A DNA stretch of 37,334 nucleotides from an uncultured Acidimicrobiales bacterium. GTDB taxonomy: Bacteria; Actinomycetota; Acidimicrobiia; Acidimicrobiales; SZUA-35. The stretch is taken from assembly GCA_937930655.1 (NCBI GenBank), contig CALHBU010000248.1:1-37334 (forward strand), in the 5' to 3' direction. The notes below the pieces were generated by a model. That model ran no database searches. It was not told where the DNA came from and saw only the letters and a list, made by a program, of their open reading frames with translations. Both the position numbers and the translations under genes were made by a program. Below, in pieces: positions 26,429 to 35,150 of this stretch (its first letter is position 1; the number at the start of each line of letters is the position of its first letter).

Positions 26429-29020
26429 GTGCGTTACGCGGCTCTTACTCGTGTGCTACCCGGTTCTGTCTTACTTTTGGGCCTGTTGCTGACACTGATC
26501 GTCAGCACCAACGTGGCGGCCAGGAACGAGCGAGCCACTGCCCAGGCCAGGCAGGCCGCCAACACGGTGGTCCTGACCCATGCCAGAGCATCTGAGTCAG
26601 AGCTTCACAACGTTGCTGATGAAGTCGACCGACTGGCTCACTCCCTTCGGGTACTGACCGAGATCGGGGACATCGACATTGAGTCAGCCGTTACTGCTGA
26701 AGTCGACGCACAGCTGTCGCTCGAGCGGCGTTCAGCGATTCTTGCCGTCTTCGTTCAGTCGGGCGTCGATCAGGTCATGATTTTCAGCGACGATTCGATC
26801 GCAGGCAGAGACTTCCCGTTGGTGCCAGCCGGACTGGACTACATCGATGGCGGTATCTGGAACGGCTCGCTCTCGTACGGAATCGACACCAGCAGCCGGG
26901 CGGGCGCCGAGATCGTGATCTTGGTCGATCGAGATGCTCTGCAGGCGGCGATCCAACCATCTTTTGCTGACGGCTTCAGCGCCACCCTTTACGATCTTCC
27001 TGGGCAGGAATCGGGCAGCGAGACGGCAGTTCATGACGGTCTCGAGTCCATCGGCGGTGTTCTGTGGGACCGTCAAGCCGGGAGCGCCGTCTCGCGGCAG
27101 GACGCCGAAGTTCTCGGCCACTCAGTGTCGATCGAGGTAGAGGCCGCGAACGGTGCACTTTGGCTACCGTCGTCAGGGGTGGCGTGGAGCGTGCCGTTGT
27201 TTGGGACGCTGTTATCCCTGCTGGCTGCTGCTGCCGCCATGGTGACCGTCCGTGTTGTTTCCCGGGCCGAACTGGAGCGTGACGAGGCCGACCTCGCTCG
27301 CGATGCCGCTGCCGCGAGATTCCGGGCCAGCTTCGAGCGAGCGCCCATCGGCGTTATCGAGCTGGATGCCAACGGCACCATTGTCGCCGCCAACCCTCGT
27401 TTCGCCAGCCAACTTGGATTCGCAGCCGAAGAATTGCTCGAGACCGAGCTGCTGGATCTGGTCGACGGAGAGGATCGTCCCGAGGCTCAAGAGCTTCTTT
27501 GGGCCATGTTGGAGGGCGAAACTGATGGAGAGCAGACCGAACGTCGCTATCGGAACCGAAATGGGGGCGCCGTCTGGGTTCGAGAGTCCATGAGCGTTTT
27601 GGTCTCCGAAGACGGCTCCCACCATGTGCTGCTCCAGGCCGAGGACGTCAGCGACGAACGACGAGCAAGGGCCGAACTTCACCGCAAAGCGCTCTTTGAC
27701 GACCTCACCGGGCTTCCCAACCGTTCCAATCTCATTGCCAGGGTTAACCGGGCGCTCGACGCCGATCGGCCCGCCGACGATGTTCTGGCTCTGATGTTCG
27801 TAGATCTCGACAAGTTCAAGAACGTGAACGACACACTTGGCCATGAAGCTGGCGACATCCTGCTCATAGAGGTAGCTGAACGCCTCCGACGAGCGTGTCG
27901 AGCCACTGACACCGTCGCTCGTCTGGGCGGCGATGAGTTCGTGGTGCTGTGCGAGGGGCTACCCAACGACGAGGTCGCAAGCCAGACCGCAGAACGATTC
28001 GCAGAGACGCTACGCGAGCCGATGTTCATTCGCGATGTTGAGGTGCCGGTGAGCGCTTCCATTGGTCTTGTCGTTGAAAGCGGGGCCGCCAGCTCCAGCG
28101 ATCTTCTGCGCCAAGCTGATCAGGCCATGTATCGGGCCAAGACGTCGGGCCGGAATCAACTGATCCGCTTCGATATCGACGAGGGCACCCGACGTCGTAC
28201 CGACGAACCGGATACCGTCAGTGCCCACGATCTTCGGTCTGCTATAGACAACGGGCAGCTCCTAGTCCATTACCAACCGGTTGTTGATACCGGAACACTC
28301 GAGGTTGTTGGGTGCGATGCCTTTATTCGATGGGCCCACACCGAGCGAGGCCTTCTAACCGCCGGCGAGTTTCTTCCTGCCGTAGAGAAACACGGCATGG
28401 TCGAGGAACTCGACCGTTTGGCCCTGGCCGAGGGTGTTGCGACTCTGGCCGAGTGGGCCGAAGACGAGCGTTCGTCGTGGTACATGATCTTCAACCTTTC
28501 GCCGGTGAACTACGACAATCGAGAGTTCGCGGGCTCTGTTGCCACACTGATAGAGGAGGCAGGGGTTGACCCATCTCGAGTCATTCTCGAGCGGCACGAG
28601 ACCTCGTTCCTCACTCAAACTCCCACTGCTGTCATCGCCACACGGGAGCTCCGTTCACTTGGCGTGCGGATATCGCTCGATCACTTTGGCACCGGCTCGT
28701 CAACGCTGAACGAAATGTCGATGCTCGAGTTCGATGTTCTGAAGATCGACCGCTCGTTCGTTCGAGATTCCGGCCATCAGCAGACCTACGTTCTTGAGGC
28801 ACTCGGCAATATGGCTGACGCGCTCGACCTGAAGGTAATTGCCGAAGGGATCGAAACCGAGACCGAACTCCGGGTGGTCCAAAAAGCAGGACTGGCCTTC
28901 GCCCAGGGCTACCTCCTCGGCAAGCCGGTGAGTGAGGCTCAGTTCGTGGCCGGCGACTTTGGGAGAGCGGAGAGCGTTGCTGCTCTCAGCTCCTCGGAGC
29001 CGACAGGCTTGGTCAAGTAG
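26429..29020 (+). CDS. Membrane-anchored PAS-GGDEF-EAL protein (likely diguanylate cyclase with degenerate EAL)
   Basis: Two TM helices around an extracellular region, PAS/PAC (FRASFERAPIG...WVRES), DDLTGLPNR, DLDKFKNVNDTLGH.AGD, RATD-x5-GGDEF; EAL domain reading DAFIRW, LDHFGTG, LKIDRSF, AEGIET and QGY. Confidence 0.95.
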   Translation: MRYAALTRVLPGSVLLLGLLLTLIVSTNVAARNERATAQARQAANTVVLTHARASESELHNVADEVDRLAHSLRVLTEIGDIDIESAVTAEVDAQLSLERRSAILAVFVQSGVDQVMIFSDDSIAGRDFPLVPAGLDYIDGGIWNGSLSYGIDTSSRAGAEIVILVDRDALQAAIQPSFADGFSATLYDLPGQESGSETAVHDGLESIGGVLWDRQAGSAVSRQDAEVLGHSVSIEVEAANGALWLPSSGVAWSVPLFGTLLSLLAAAAAMVTVRVVSRAELERDEADLARDAAAARFRASFERAPIGVIELDANGTIVAANPRFASQLGFAAEELLETELLDLVDGEDRPEAQELLWAMLEGETDGEQTERRYRNRNGGAVWVRESMSVLVSEDGSHHVLLQAEDVSDERRARAELHRKALFDDLTGLPNRSNLIARVNRALDADRPADDVLALMFVDLDKFKNVNDTLGHEAGDILLIEVAERLRRACRATDTVARLGGDEFVVLCEGLPNDEVASQTAERFAETLREPMFIRDVEVPVSASIGLVVESGAASSSDLLRQADQAMYRAKTSGRNQLIRFDIDEGTRRRTDEPDTVSAHDLRSAIDNGQLLVHYQPVVDTGTLEVVGCDAFIRWAHTERGLLTAGEFLPAVEKHGMVEELDRLALAEGVATLAEWAEDERSSWYMIFNLSPVNYDNREFAGSVATLIEEAGVDPSRVILERHETSFLTQTPTAVIATRELRSLGVRISLDHFGTGSSTLNEMSMLEFDVLKIDRSFVRDSGHQQTYVLEALGNMADALDLKVIAEGIETETELRVVQKAGLAFAQGYLLGKPVSEAQFVAGDFGRAESVAALSSSEPTGLVK

Positions 29021-29331
29021 CCGTCCAACCCGTTCACCCGAGGATCGCCGAAGTCTTCTCGGCGGAGCTCGCCGGTGAGAAGGACGAAGGGTGGCCGCGA
29101 GGCGGGGAGTGCCTCGAGCAGGTCTAGGCCGCTTCCTCCCGGCATGATGTAGTCACACAGGATGAGCGCAAGCGCAGGTCGGTACATCGCCAGCGCAGCT
29201 TCAGCGGAGTCGGCTTCCTCAGTAGCGAAGCCTTGTTGCTGAAGCATGTGACATAGGACTAGCCGTGACACCGGGTCGTCATCAACGACCAGAACCGTGA
29301 TGTCGGCTTTTTCGACTCGGTCGCTCCCCAT
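28939..29331 (-). CDS. Single-domain response regulator receiver (CheY-like); start may be 29343 or 29346
   Basis: VLVVDDD, ILCDYIMPGGSG, LLTG and YLTKP all intact; its 3' end overlaps the convergent GGDEF-EAL gene. Confidence 0.9.
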   Translation of the reverse strand: MGSDRVEKADITVLVVDDDPVSRLVLCHMLQQQGFATEEADSAEAALAMYRPALALILCDYIMPGGSGLDLLEALPASRPPFVLLTGELRREDFGDPRVNGLDGYLTKPVGSEELRAATLSALPKSPATN

Positions 29332-29339
29332 TGCGCCGC

Positions 29340-29681
29340 TCACCACTGAGCGAGGAGGTCGTCCATGGATGTGGCGAAGGTGAAGACCTTGTCGAAGCTG
29401 GTGAGTTCGAGGATTCGCTTGGCGTCAGCCGACCGCGGCCAGACCAGACGAAGATCGCCTCCTGCTGCTCTGGCGTCCTTCATGCCCTTGACCAGAGCGG
29501 CCAGCCCGGCTGAGTCGAGAAACTCCAGTTCGCTGAGATCGATGGCGAGGTTCACCTGACCGTCCTGAAGATGGTCGTTGAACAGCTGCCGCAATTCGGT
29601 TGCCTCCAGGGCGTCAAGACGGCCTGACAAACGAATGGTCAGAATGTCGATCTCATGGCTTCCGGTGCGAACGTCCATCAT
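29340..29681 (-). CDS. STAS-domain anti-sigma factor antagonist (RsbV/SpoIIAA-like)
   Basis: LSGRLDA, IDLSELEFLDSAGLAALV (phospho-acceptor Ser), GGDLRL and ILELT.FDKVF. Confidence 0.93.
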   Translation of the reverse strand: MMDVRTGSHEIDILTIRLSGRLDALEATELRQLFNDHLQDGQVNLAIDLSELEFLDSAGLAALVKGMKDARAAGGDLRLVWPRSADAKRILELTSFDKVFTFATSMDDLLAQW

Positions 29682-29687
29682 GGTTGT

Positions 29688-29715
29688 TGATCGACCACGT
29701 TCAGCCGCTTCTTTA
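29688..29715 (-). promoter_or_regulatory. Putative sigma28-type leaderless promoter of the distal STAS gene
   Basis: TAAA (29715-29712)-N16-GTCGATCA (29695-29688)-N6-ATG (29681). Confidence 0.65.
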
Positions 29716-29718
29716 GCG

Positions 29719-30126
29719 CTAGTGGAACGCGGTTGAGTCGAGCGAAAACCGCAGCGTCCAACGGTTCTGATCATCCTGTCGGCGATAGTCGATTGCGGTG
29801 GCGATCTGCTCGATGATCATGAGCCCATACCCCCGCACCTGTGGTTCGGTCGGTGGAGAAACCTGGTCTGCCTCGAAGGGCAGACCGGAGTCGGTCATCA
29901 CCACAACGAGTTCGTCGCCATCGATATCGGCGCTGAGCTCTAGACCCGACGACTTGGCATGATCAATGCTGTTGTTGGCCAACTCGTGCACCGCCAGCTC
30001 AATTTGGCCCCGGACAGGTGCCGCCACCTCGTCCGGCAACGGGGCGAGACGTTCTGAGAGCCACGGCCCGATAGTCCGGAGTGCCAGGTGGTTCGATTCC
30101 AGAAGAAGGACGCTGGAGTCAGCCAT
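29719..30126 (-). CDS. RsbW/SpoIIAB-like anti-sigma factor serine kinase (HATPase_c_2)
   Basis: IELAVHELANNSIDHA, DSGLPF and RGYGLMIIEQI; overlaps the phosphatase stop. Confidence 0.9.
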   Translation of the reverse strand: MADSSVLLLESNHLALRTIGPWLSERLAPLPDEVAAPVRGQIELAVHELANNSIDHAKSSGLELSADIDGDELVVVMTDSGLPFEADQVSPPTEPQVRGYGLMIIEQIATAIDYRRQDDQNRWTLRFSLDSTAFH

Positions 30127-31339
30127 GAGCGTCAGTCTCCACTGCGGTCGCCCGGATGATCAGGAGTGTGCGGTCATCAGTTTGTTCAGCGGTGCCTGCG
30201 TAGGATTCGAGCCGCTCGAACACCAGACCACCGAGTTCGGTTGCGGGAAGATTCGAGTCGACGAGAAGATCAAGCATTCGTTGTTCGCCCCACATCTGAC
30301 CGGCAGGATCCTCTTGCTCAGTGAAGCCATCCGAACTTACGACGAGGCGGGAGCCAGGAGGTGCAGCTAACACTGTGTCCTCGACGGGACCAAGATCGGA
30401 CAGCGGGAGGACGCCGATCGGAGGAACGACCGAGTTTATGGAACGGGGGCCGCTGTCGTCGATGTAGAAGATCGGTCCATGACCGGCGCTGGCGATGGAG
30501 AGCTGTCGAGAACCGGCATCGTAGGAGCCCGCCATAAGCGTCACGAAGAGGCCGGCGTCGGCTAGGTACTTGTGCACCCAGTTGTCAATGGTCTCGAGAA
30601 CAGCGCCGGGACCTGCAGTGCCCGCTGACTGGAAGGCGGCCGTTGCTGCCGAGATCACCGTTGTCATCATCAACGCGGCCGGTAGTCCCTTTCCCGAGAC
30701 ATCTCCGGCAACGAAGTGCAGGACATCGTCCAGCACCGCGAAGGTGAAGAGATCGCCTCCCGCCGCTCGGGCCGGGTCAGAGCGGGCGAAGACGTCGACA
30801 CCGGGTAACTCCGGTCGCCAGGTCGGAAGCGCCAGCTGCGCAAGTTCCGATGCGGTGTCGTGATCCCGCCTGGCAACTGCGCCTTCCAGCGTCTCGTGAT
30901 GGTGGCGGGAGGTTTGTACTGCGCCCAACGCCATGCTGGCGATAGCGGTCAGCAGCTTGTGGTCGGCTGTGCCGAACGTTCGGTTGTCCCGGTGGGCATA
31001 GAGGCTACCGGTGAGCCTCCCGTTGCTCACCTCGACGCTGGTCCTGTTCGGTGCCCTGCCAACGGGTGCCCTGTCGTGGCTCTCGTCGTCGTGACGTCGC
31101 ATCAGTTGATCGGTCGAATGGACCTGGTCACCATCGACGCTGAAGGTCAGGAGGTCAGCGGCCAGGAGATCGCGGGCCTTTTCGAGGATGGCGGCAACGG
31201 CCTCCGACTCGTCCAGCGACTCGGTGGTGATCGAAGCCAACTGGTACAGCACCAGCAATTGCTCGTTGACCTCCACCAGTGCTGCTGTCAGCGACTGCAT
31301 CGGGTCGACATGCGTGGTCATGTCTGACAGTTGGCTCAC
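30119..31339 (-). CDS. SpoIIE/RsbU-type PP2C phosphatase with a GAF-like N-terminal region
   Basis: AGGDLF, GDVSGKGLPAAL, FVTL, SAGH, SDGFTE and DDRT; GTGA coupling with the upstream STAS gene. Confidence 0.93.
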   Translation of the reverse strand: MSQLSDMTTHVDPMQSLTAALVEVNEQLLVLYQLASITTESLDESEAVAAILEKARDLLAADLLTFSVDGDQVHSTDQLMRRHDDESHDRAPVGRAPNRTSVEVSNGRLTGSLYAHRDNRTFGTADHKLLTAIASMALGAVQTSRHHHETLEGAVARRDHDTASELAQLALPTWRPELPGVDVFARSDPARAAGGDLFTFAVLDDVLHFVAGDVSGKGLPAALMMTTVISAATAAFQSAGTAGPGAVLETIDNWVHKYLADAGLFVTLMAGSYDAGSRQLSIASAGHGPIFYIDDSGPRSINSVVPPIGVLPLSDLGPVEDTVLAAPPGSRLVVSSDGFTEQEDPAGQMWGEQRMLDLLVDSNLPATELGGLVFERLESYAGTAEQTDDRTLLIIRATAVETDAHG

Positions 31340-31704
31340 TCGATGGTGAAGGCGAGATCGAGCCTTGTTAGCTCGAGAATCACTCGAACCGGGTCAGAAG
31401 GAGAGACCAGGATGAGGTCACCGTCTCGTTCCCGACAGTGCTTCATTCCTCTGACCAGTTCGGCCAGGGCCGTCGAATCGATGAATTCAACCTCGGCGAG
31501 AGAGACCAAGACCCGGGTGGCCGCGCCGCTGCCCGATCCGTCGAGGATCTGGCCCAGGATGGCTCGGAAGGTGTCTACTTCATGGGCGTCGAAGCGTCCG
31601 GCGAGCCGCAGTTCTACGGCATGGCTGGCGGTTGACTGCTCGGATGGAAGTGGGAGTTGCGTGATGTCCACCGGATGACCTCGGATCGACTGCGGGGTAT
31701 TCAC
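31336..31704 (-). CDS. Second STAS-domain anti-sigma factor antagonist
   Basis: LAGRFDA, VSLAEVEFIDSTALAELV, DGDLIL and VILELTRLD. Confidence 0.92.
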   Translation of the reverse strand: MNTPQSIRGHPVDITQLPLPSEQSTASHAVELRLAGRFDAHEVDTFRAILGQILDGSGSGAATRVLVSLAEVEFIDSTALAELVRGMKHCRERDGDLILVSPSDPVRVILELTRLDLAFTIE

Positions 31705-31709
31705 GTGTC

Positions 31710-31736
31710 CAGTCGGCAGCTACGGTCGCGTGTTGA
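31710..31736 (-). promoter_or_regulatory. Putative sigma28-type leaderless promoter of the STAS-PP2C-RsbW unit
   Basis: TCAA (31736-31733)-N15-GCCGACTG (31717-31710)-N5-GTG (31704). Confidence 0.6.
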
Positions 31737-31746
31737 AGTAGATCGC

Positions 31747-32547
31747 TCAGCGCTGGTCGATGCGAGGGTGATTGTCCGACCCATATCGACCTCGTAGATC
31801 GTTCCAACGAATGATGGCCAGATCCCGCAGGAACTCAACTGCCACCTTGCCAGCATCGACCTTGGACCCCGGTGCATCTATCCAGGTGACGGGTACCTCG
31901 GTCGTCCGGAATCCGAATTTTCGGGCCAGGTACAGGATCTCCAAGTCGAAGGAGAATTCATCGATCACCTGCCGCCTGAACAGACGCTCAGCAGCGTCGG
32001 CGGTGAACATTTTGAAACCACACTGGGTGTCGGAAACCGGCAGTCGGAACAGGCCCTTGACCAACAAACTGAGTCCACCACTGAACACTTTGCGGGACAG
32101 AGATTTGTTGGCAACGTCGGCCCCGTCGGCGGCTCGGGAGCCGACAACAACGTCGTAGCCGTTTTCCAGTTCGGCTACCAGCGCCTCGAACTGTTCGATG
32201 GGCGTTGACTGATCAGCGTCGGCGAAGAGGATGACCGAGCCTCGGGCCTGGAGCACGCCTCGCCGGACTGCGCTGCCCTTGCCGCCGTTCTGTTCGGCCA
32301 GCAGCAGGCGGAGGTTGACCAGCTCCAGATCTCTAACCAGTTCAGCGGTTGTATCGGTCGAGCCATCGTCGGCCACGATCAGTTCCCACGGCTCGCCCAG
32401 CGAACTCATATGAGTGGCAATGGCGCCGATGGTCGGAACGATCCGCCATTCTTCGTTGTATGCCGGTATGACAACCGAATAGAGGGGCTCAACCTCGAGC
32501 GGGACCTCGGCCCACACTCGGTAGGCGTCCAGGGTTCTGTTGGTCAT
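31747..32547 (-). CDS. GT2 polyprenyl/dolichyl-phosphate glycosyltransferase-like protein
   Basis: SVVIPAYNE, DDGSTD, NGGKGSAVRRG, FADAD, GSR, DTQCGFKMF, FSFDLEIL and EVPV.W. Confidence 0.93.
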   Translation of the reverse strand: MTNRTLDAYRVWAEVPLEVEPLYSVVIPAYNEEWRIVPTIGAIATHMSSLGEPWELIVADDGSTDTTAELVRDLELVNLRLLLAEQNGGKGSAVRRGVLQARGSVILFADADQSTPIEQFEALVAELENGYDVVVGSRAADGADVANKSLSRKVFSGGLSLLVKGLFRLPVSDTQCGFKMFTADAAERLFRRQVIDEFSFDLEILYLARKFGFRTTEVPVTWIDAPGSKVDAGKVAVEFLRDLAIIRWNDLRGRYGSDNHPRIDQR

Positions 32548-33887
32548 GTCTGTTCTCCCGGAGTGTGGGTGAGATGGCTGCCCGCAACCGCGGCGAGAAG
32601 CAACGCCATAGCGATCACTTGCATGCGAATGAGATCATCGGTCGCATTGCGGCCGAAGAAGAGCAGGACGGTCTGGAACACGCCACCGGCTAGCAACACC
32701 AGGGCTTCTCGAATCCGGCCTGTTGACAGGTGGTGGCTGACGATCAGGTTGGCCATAGCGAACATGGCAGTAGCAAAGGCGTACCAGGCGAGCGGACTCG
32801 AAACACCGGCAAACTCCGGCCCGAAGACTCGTCCGAGCACGGTGCCGCCCAGGAAATAGGCCCCACCGACGAAGCATGCTCCCATGACCGCCACAACAGC
32901 CAGGCCGCTGTGGAGAAGGCCATCGGTGCTCTCGCCTCGTTCTTTTCGCTGGGCGGCCGCAGGGAACAACGTGGTGGCCACCGACCATGAAAGAAAGAAG
33001 ACCGCCCGGCCAACGAGCGCAATAGCCGCGTAGACACCAGCCGTCTCGGGTTCGAGGAAGCGTTTGGCCATCAGCACGTCGCCGTTGTTGATGATGATTT
33101 GGCCCAACAGCAGAAGAGCAACCGGGAGGGTGTACGAAACGAGCTCGGCTTTGGCGTCGGCTGACATGGTGGGCTTTGGATCCCCACTCCGAGGGCGAAG
33201 CACACCTGTTCTTCTCATTCGGCTGGTAATGAGTTGCACGTGGCCCCACGTGACGATGAACGACGCGGTCAAACCGATGGTCGCTCCGATAACACCGAAG
33301 CCGGCGGCGACCAGGCCGATGCCAAGGGCAACCCGAGCCACCATCTCGACCACGAATGTCCAGGCCAATGGTTGGAACCGCAGCAGCCCCTGGAGGACTC
33401 CGCGGCCCACCGCCTGGGCTAGGTAGAACGGCATACCGAAGCCGAGAATGGCGAACGGCCACGCCGACGCAGAGTTGAAGAACTCGCTCCACCATTGAGA
33501 GCCGAGCATCAAGGCGGCCGCAACCGCGGTGCCGGCAAGGATTGCCATTCGCTGCAGTTTCTGCGCCAGCGCGACCGTGGCCGACGGATCGTTGTTGACC
33601 GCATTGATTCCCGCGAAACGGGCCGCCATCAACTGAAGACTGATAGCGATAGCGGTGACCAACAGCATGATGGTGACCATCAGGTTGGCGTCGGCGAACT
33701 CAGCAGGCGTCAGCCATCGACCAAGAAAAACGTTGAGGAGGTAGTTGCCGGCGTTGGCGACAAGCATCGCCAACCCGAGCGCAGCACCACCCGAGACCAA
33801 CGCCTTGCTATCGCCTCCCGCCGGTGAGTCGCTGGCGGCGGCCGCTTGCTGGCTCGGCCTCGAGCGGGTCCGTAGATCCGTCGTCAT
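32544..33887 (-). CDS. Wzx/MOP-type oligosaccharide flippase family protein
   Basis: About 12 TM helices with ANAGNYLLNVFLGRWLTPAEFAD, RGVLQG, NGDVLMAKRF, AGVYAAIALVGR and LFP. ATG 33887 lies 4 nt after the GT4 stop. Confidence 0.88.
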   Translation of the reverse strand: MTTDLRTRSRPSQQAAAASDSPAGGDSKALVSGGAALGLAMLVANAGNYLLNVFLGRWLTPAEFADANLMVTIMLLVTAIAISLQLMAARFAGINAVNNDPSATVALAQKLQRMAILAGTAVAAALMLGSQWWSEFFNSASAWPFAILGFGMPFYLAQAVGRGVLQGLLRFQPLAWTFVVEMVARVALGIGLVAAGFGVIGATIGLTASFIVTWGHVQLITSRMRRTGVLRPRSGDPKPTMSADAKAELVSYTLPVALLLLGQIIINNGDVLMAKRFLEPETAGVYAAIALVGRAVFFLSWSVATTLFPAAAQRKERGESTDGLLHSGLAVVAVMGACFVGGAYFLGGTVLGRVFGPEFAGVSSPLAWYAFATAMFAMANLIVSHHLSTGRIREALVLLAGGVFQTVLLFFGRNATDDLIRMQVIAMALLLAAVAGSHLTHTPGEQT

Positions 33888-33891
33888 CGAT

Positions 33892-35097
33892 TCACGAGTC
33901 AGACGACAGTCGCCCGAGGTGCATGAGATGCCAATCAATCACTTCGGCCATTGGAATCCCGGTTGCTGCCAGATAGTTACGCTCGCCATGTTCAGCATTG
34001 AGGGTGGGGTCGTCCAGAAGTTTGGCGAGCGCATCGGCCAGGCTCATTGCGCTACCCGGTTCGAAATACTGTCCGATGAACCCTTCTTCCTCGATCACCT
34101 CGACGAAGTCTCCAATTGCCGGGAGCACAGCACTCCGGCCATAGGAACCAGCCTGATGAAGCACGCCCGAACTGCCGGTTGTTGACGTGTAGGGGAAGGC
34201 GGTGACCGTGGCGTTTCCGAACAAGCCGGGAACATCGTCTTCCTCCACGTAGCCGGTGAAGGTGACGTTGTCCATGTCCTGACAGCCTTCTTCGACCGAC
34301 GCTAGGTACCCCTTTGAATTGGGGCTATCAGTTCCGGCGATCACCAATTCAAGATCGGTGTAGCCCCGGCCGGCGAGCTCTCTAACGGCATCGACCAGCA
34401 CATCGACCGTCTTGTAGGTGCCCCACTTACCGAAGGCGAGAATCTGCCGTGGCCCCTCGTCGGGCGGTCCGAACTGGGGCTCGTCGATTTCTTCAAAACT
34501 GCCGTGTGGGGCCAGCAGCGCATTCTCGGCTCCGTAGCTCGACCGGAGAAACTCGACGTAGCGGGGAATGGTCAGCGCCACATAGTCGGTCTTGAGAATG
34601 GCGCGGGTGAGTGCCCGACCGGCGAGTTCCATCCCTTTCGCCACCAGCTTTGAGTCGGCGAATCCCGCATCTTGCATGTCGACGTTGTCGGCCAGGTTAT
34701 GAAGAATCACGGCCGTCGTGACGCCGGCTCGTTTGAGCAGGGCCGGAATCAGGAGGCCAAGGCCACCGGCAACTTTGCTGTCCCCAAAAGTGGCGAACTG
34801 AAGATTTACCAACACCGCATCGACATTGGCCTTCTTGACTGCTCGGACCAGACGAAACGGATTGGTCAGTGCGTTGAACTCCCACGAAACCACCGCGTCG
34901 ACCTTGGCGGCAGCCGTGGGGTCAGCCAAGGTGATCGGTGGGCCGGCATCGGTCTCATCGGCAAAGACGACCACGCTGTCGACCGATTGGTTGGAAGCCA
35001 AATGGTTGACCAGGTGGAAGCCGAACTCGTTCAGGCTGTTTCGGCCCGGAGGAAAGGCGGTGATGACGCCGATCCGACGTGGTGTAGCTCTGTTCAT
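33892..35097 (-). CDS. GT4 (GT-B fold) glycosyltransferase
   Basis: GVITAFPP, APHG, ILAFGKWGTYK, LVIAG, FTGYVEE, FPY...GSSGVLHQA and SLADAL. Confidence 0.92.
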   Translation of the reverse strand: MNRATPRRIGVITAFPPGRNSLNEFGFHLVNHLASNQSVDSVVVFADETDAGPPITLADPTAAAKVDAVVSWEFNALTNPFRLVRAVKKANVDAVLVNLQFATFGDSKVAGGLGLLIPALLKRAGVTTAVILHNLADNVDMQDAGFADSKLVAKGMELAGRALTRAILKTDYVALTIPRYVEFLRSSYGAENALLAPHGSFEEIDEPQFGPPDEGPRQILAFGKWGTYKTVDVLVDAVRELAGRGYTDLELVIAGTDSPNSKGYLASVEEGCQDMDNVTFTGYVEEDDVPGLFGNATVTAFPYTSTTGSSGVLHQAGSYGRSAVLPAIGDFVEVIEEEGFIGQYFEPGSAMSLADALAKLLDDPTLNAEHGERNYLAATGIPMAEVIDWHLMHLGRLSSDS

Positions 35098-35150
35098 TGT
35101 TCTCTGTTCCGACGTCTTGTGCGCCAGCCGTTGTCGACCCGCTGCTAGAG

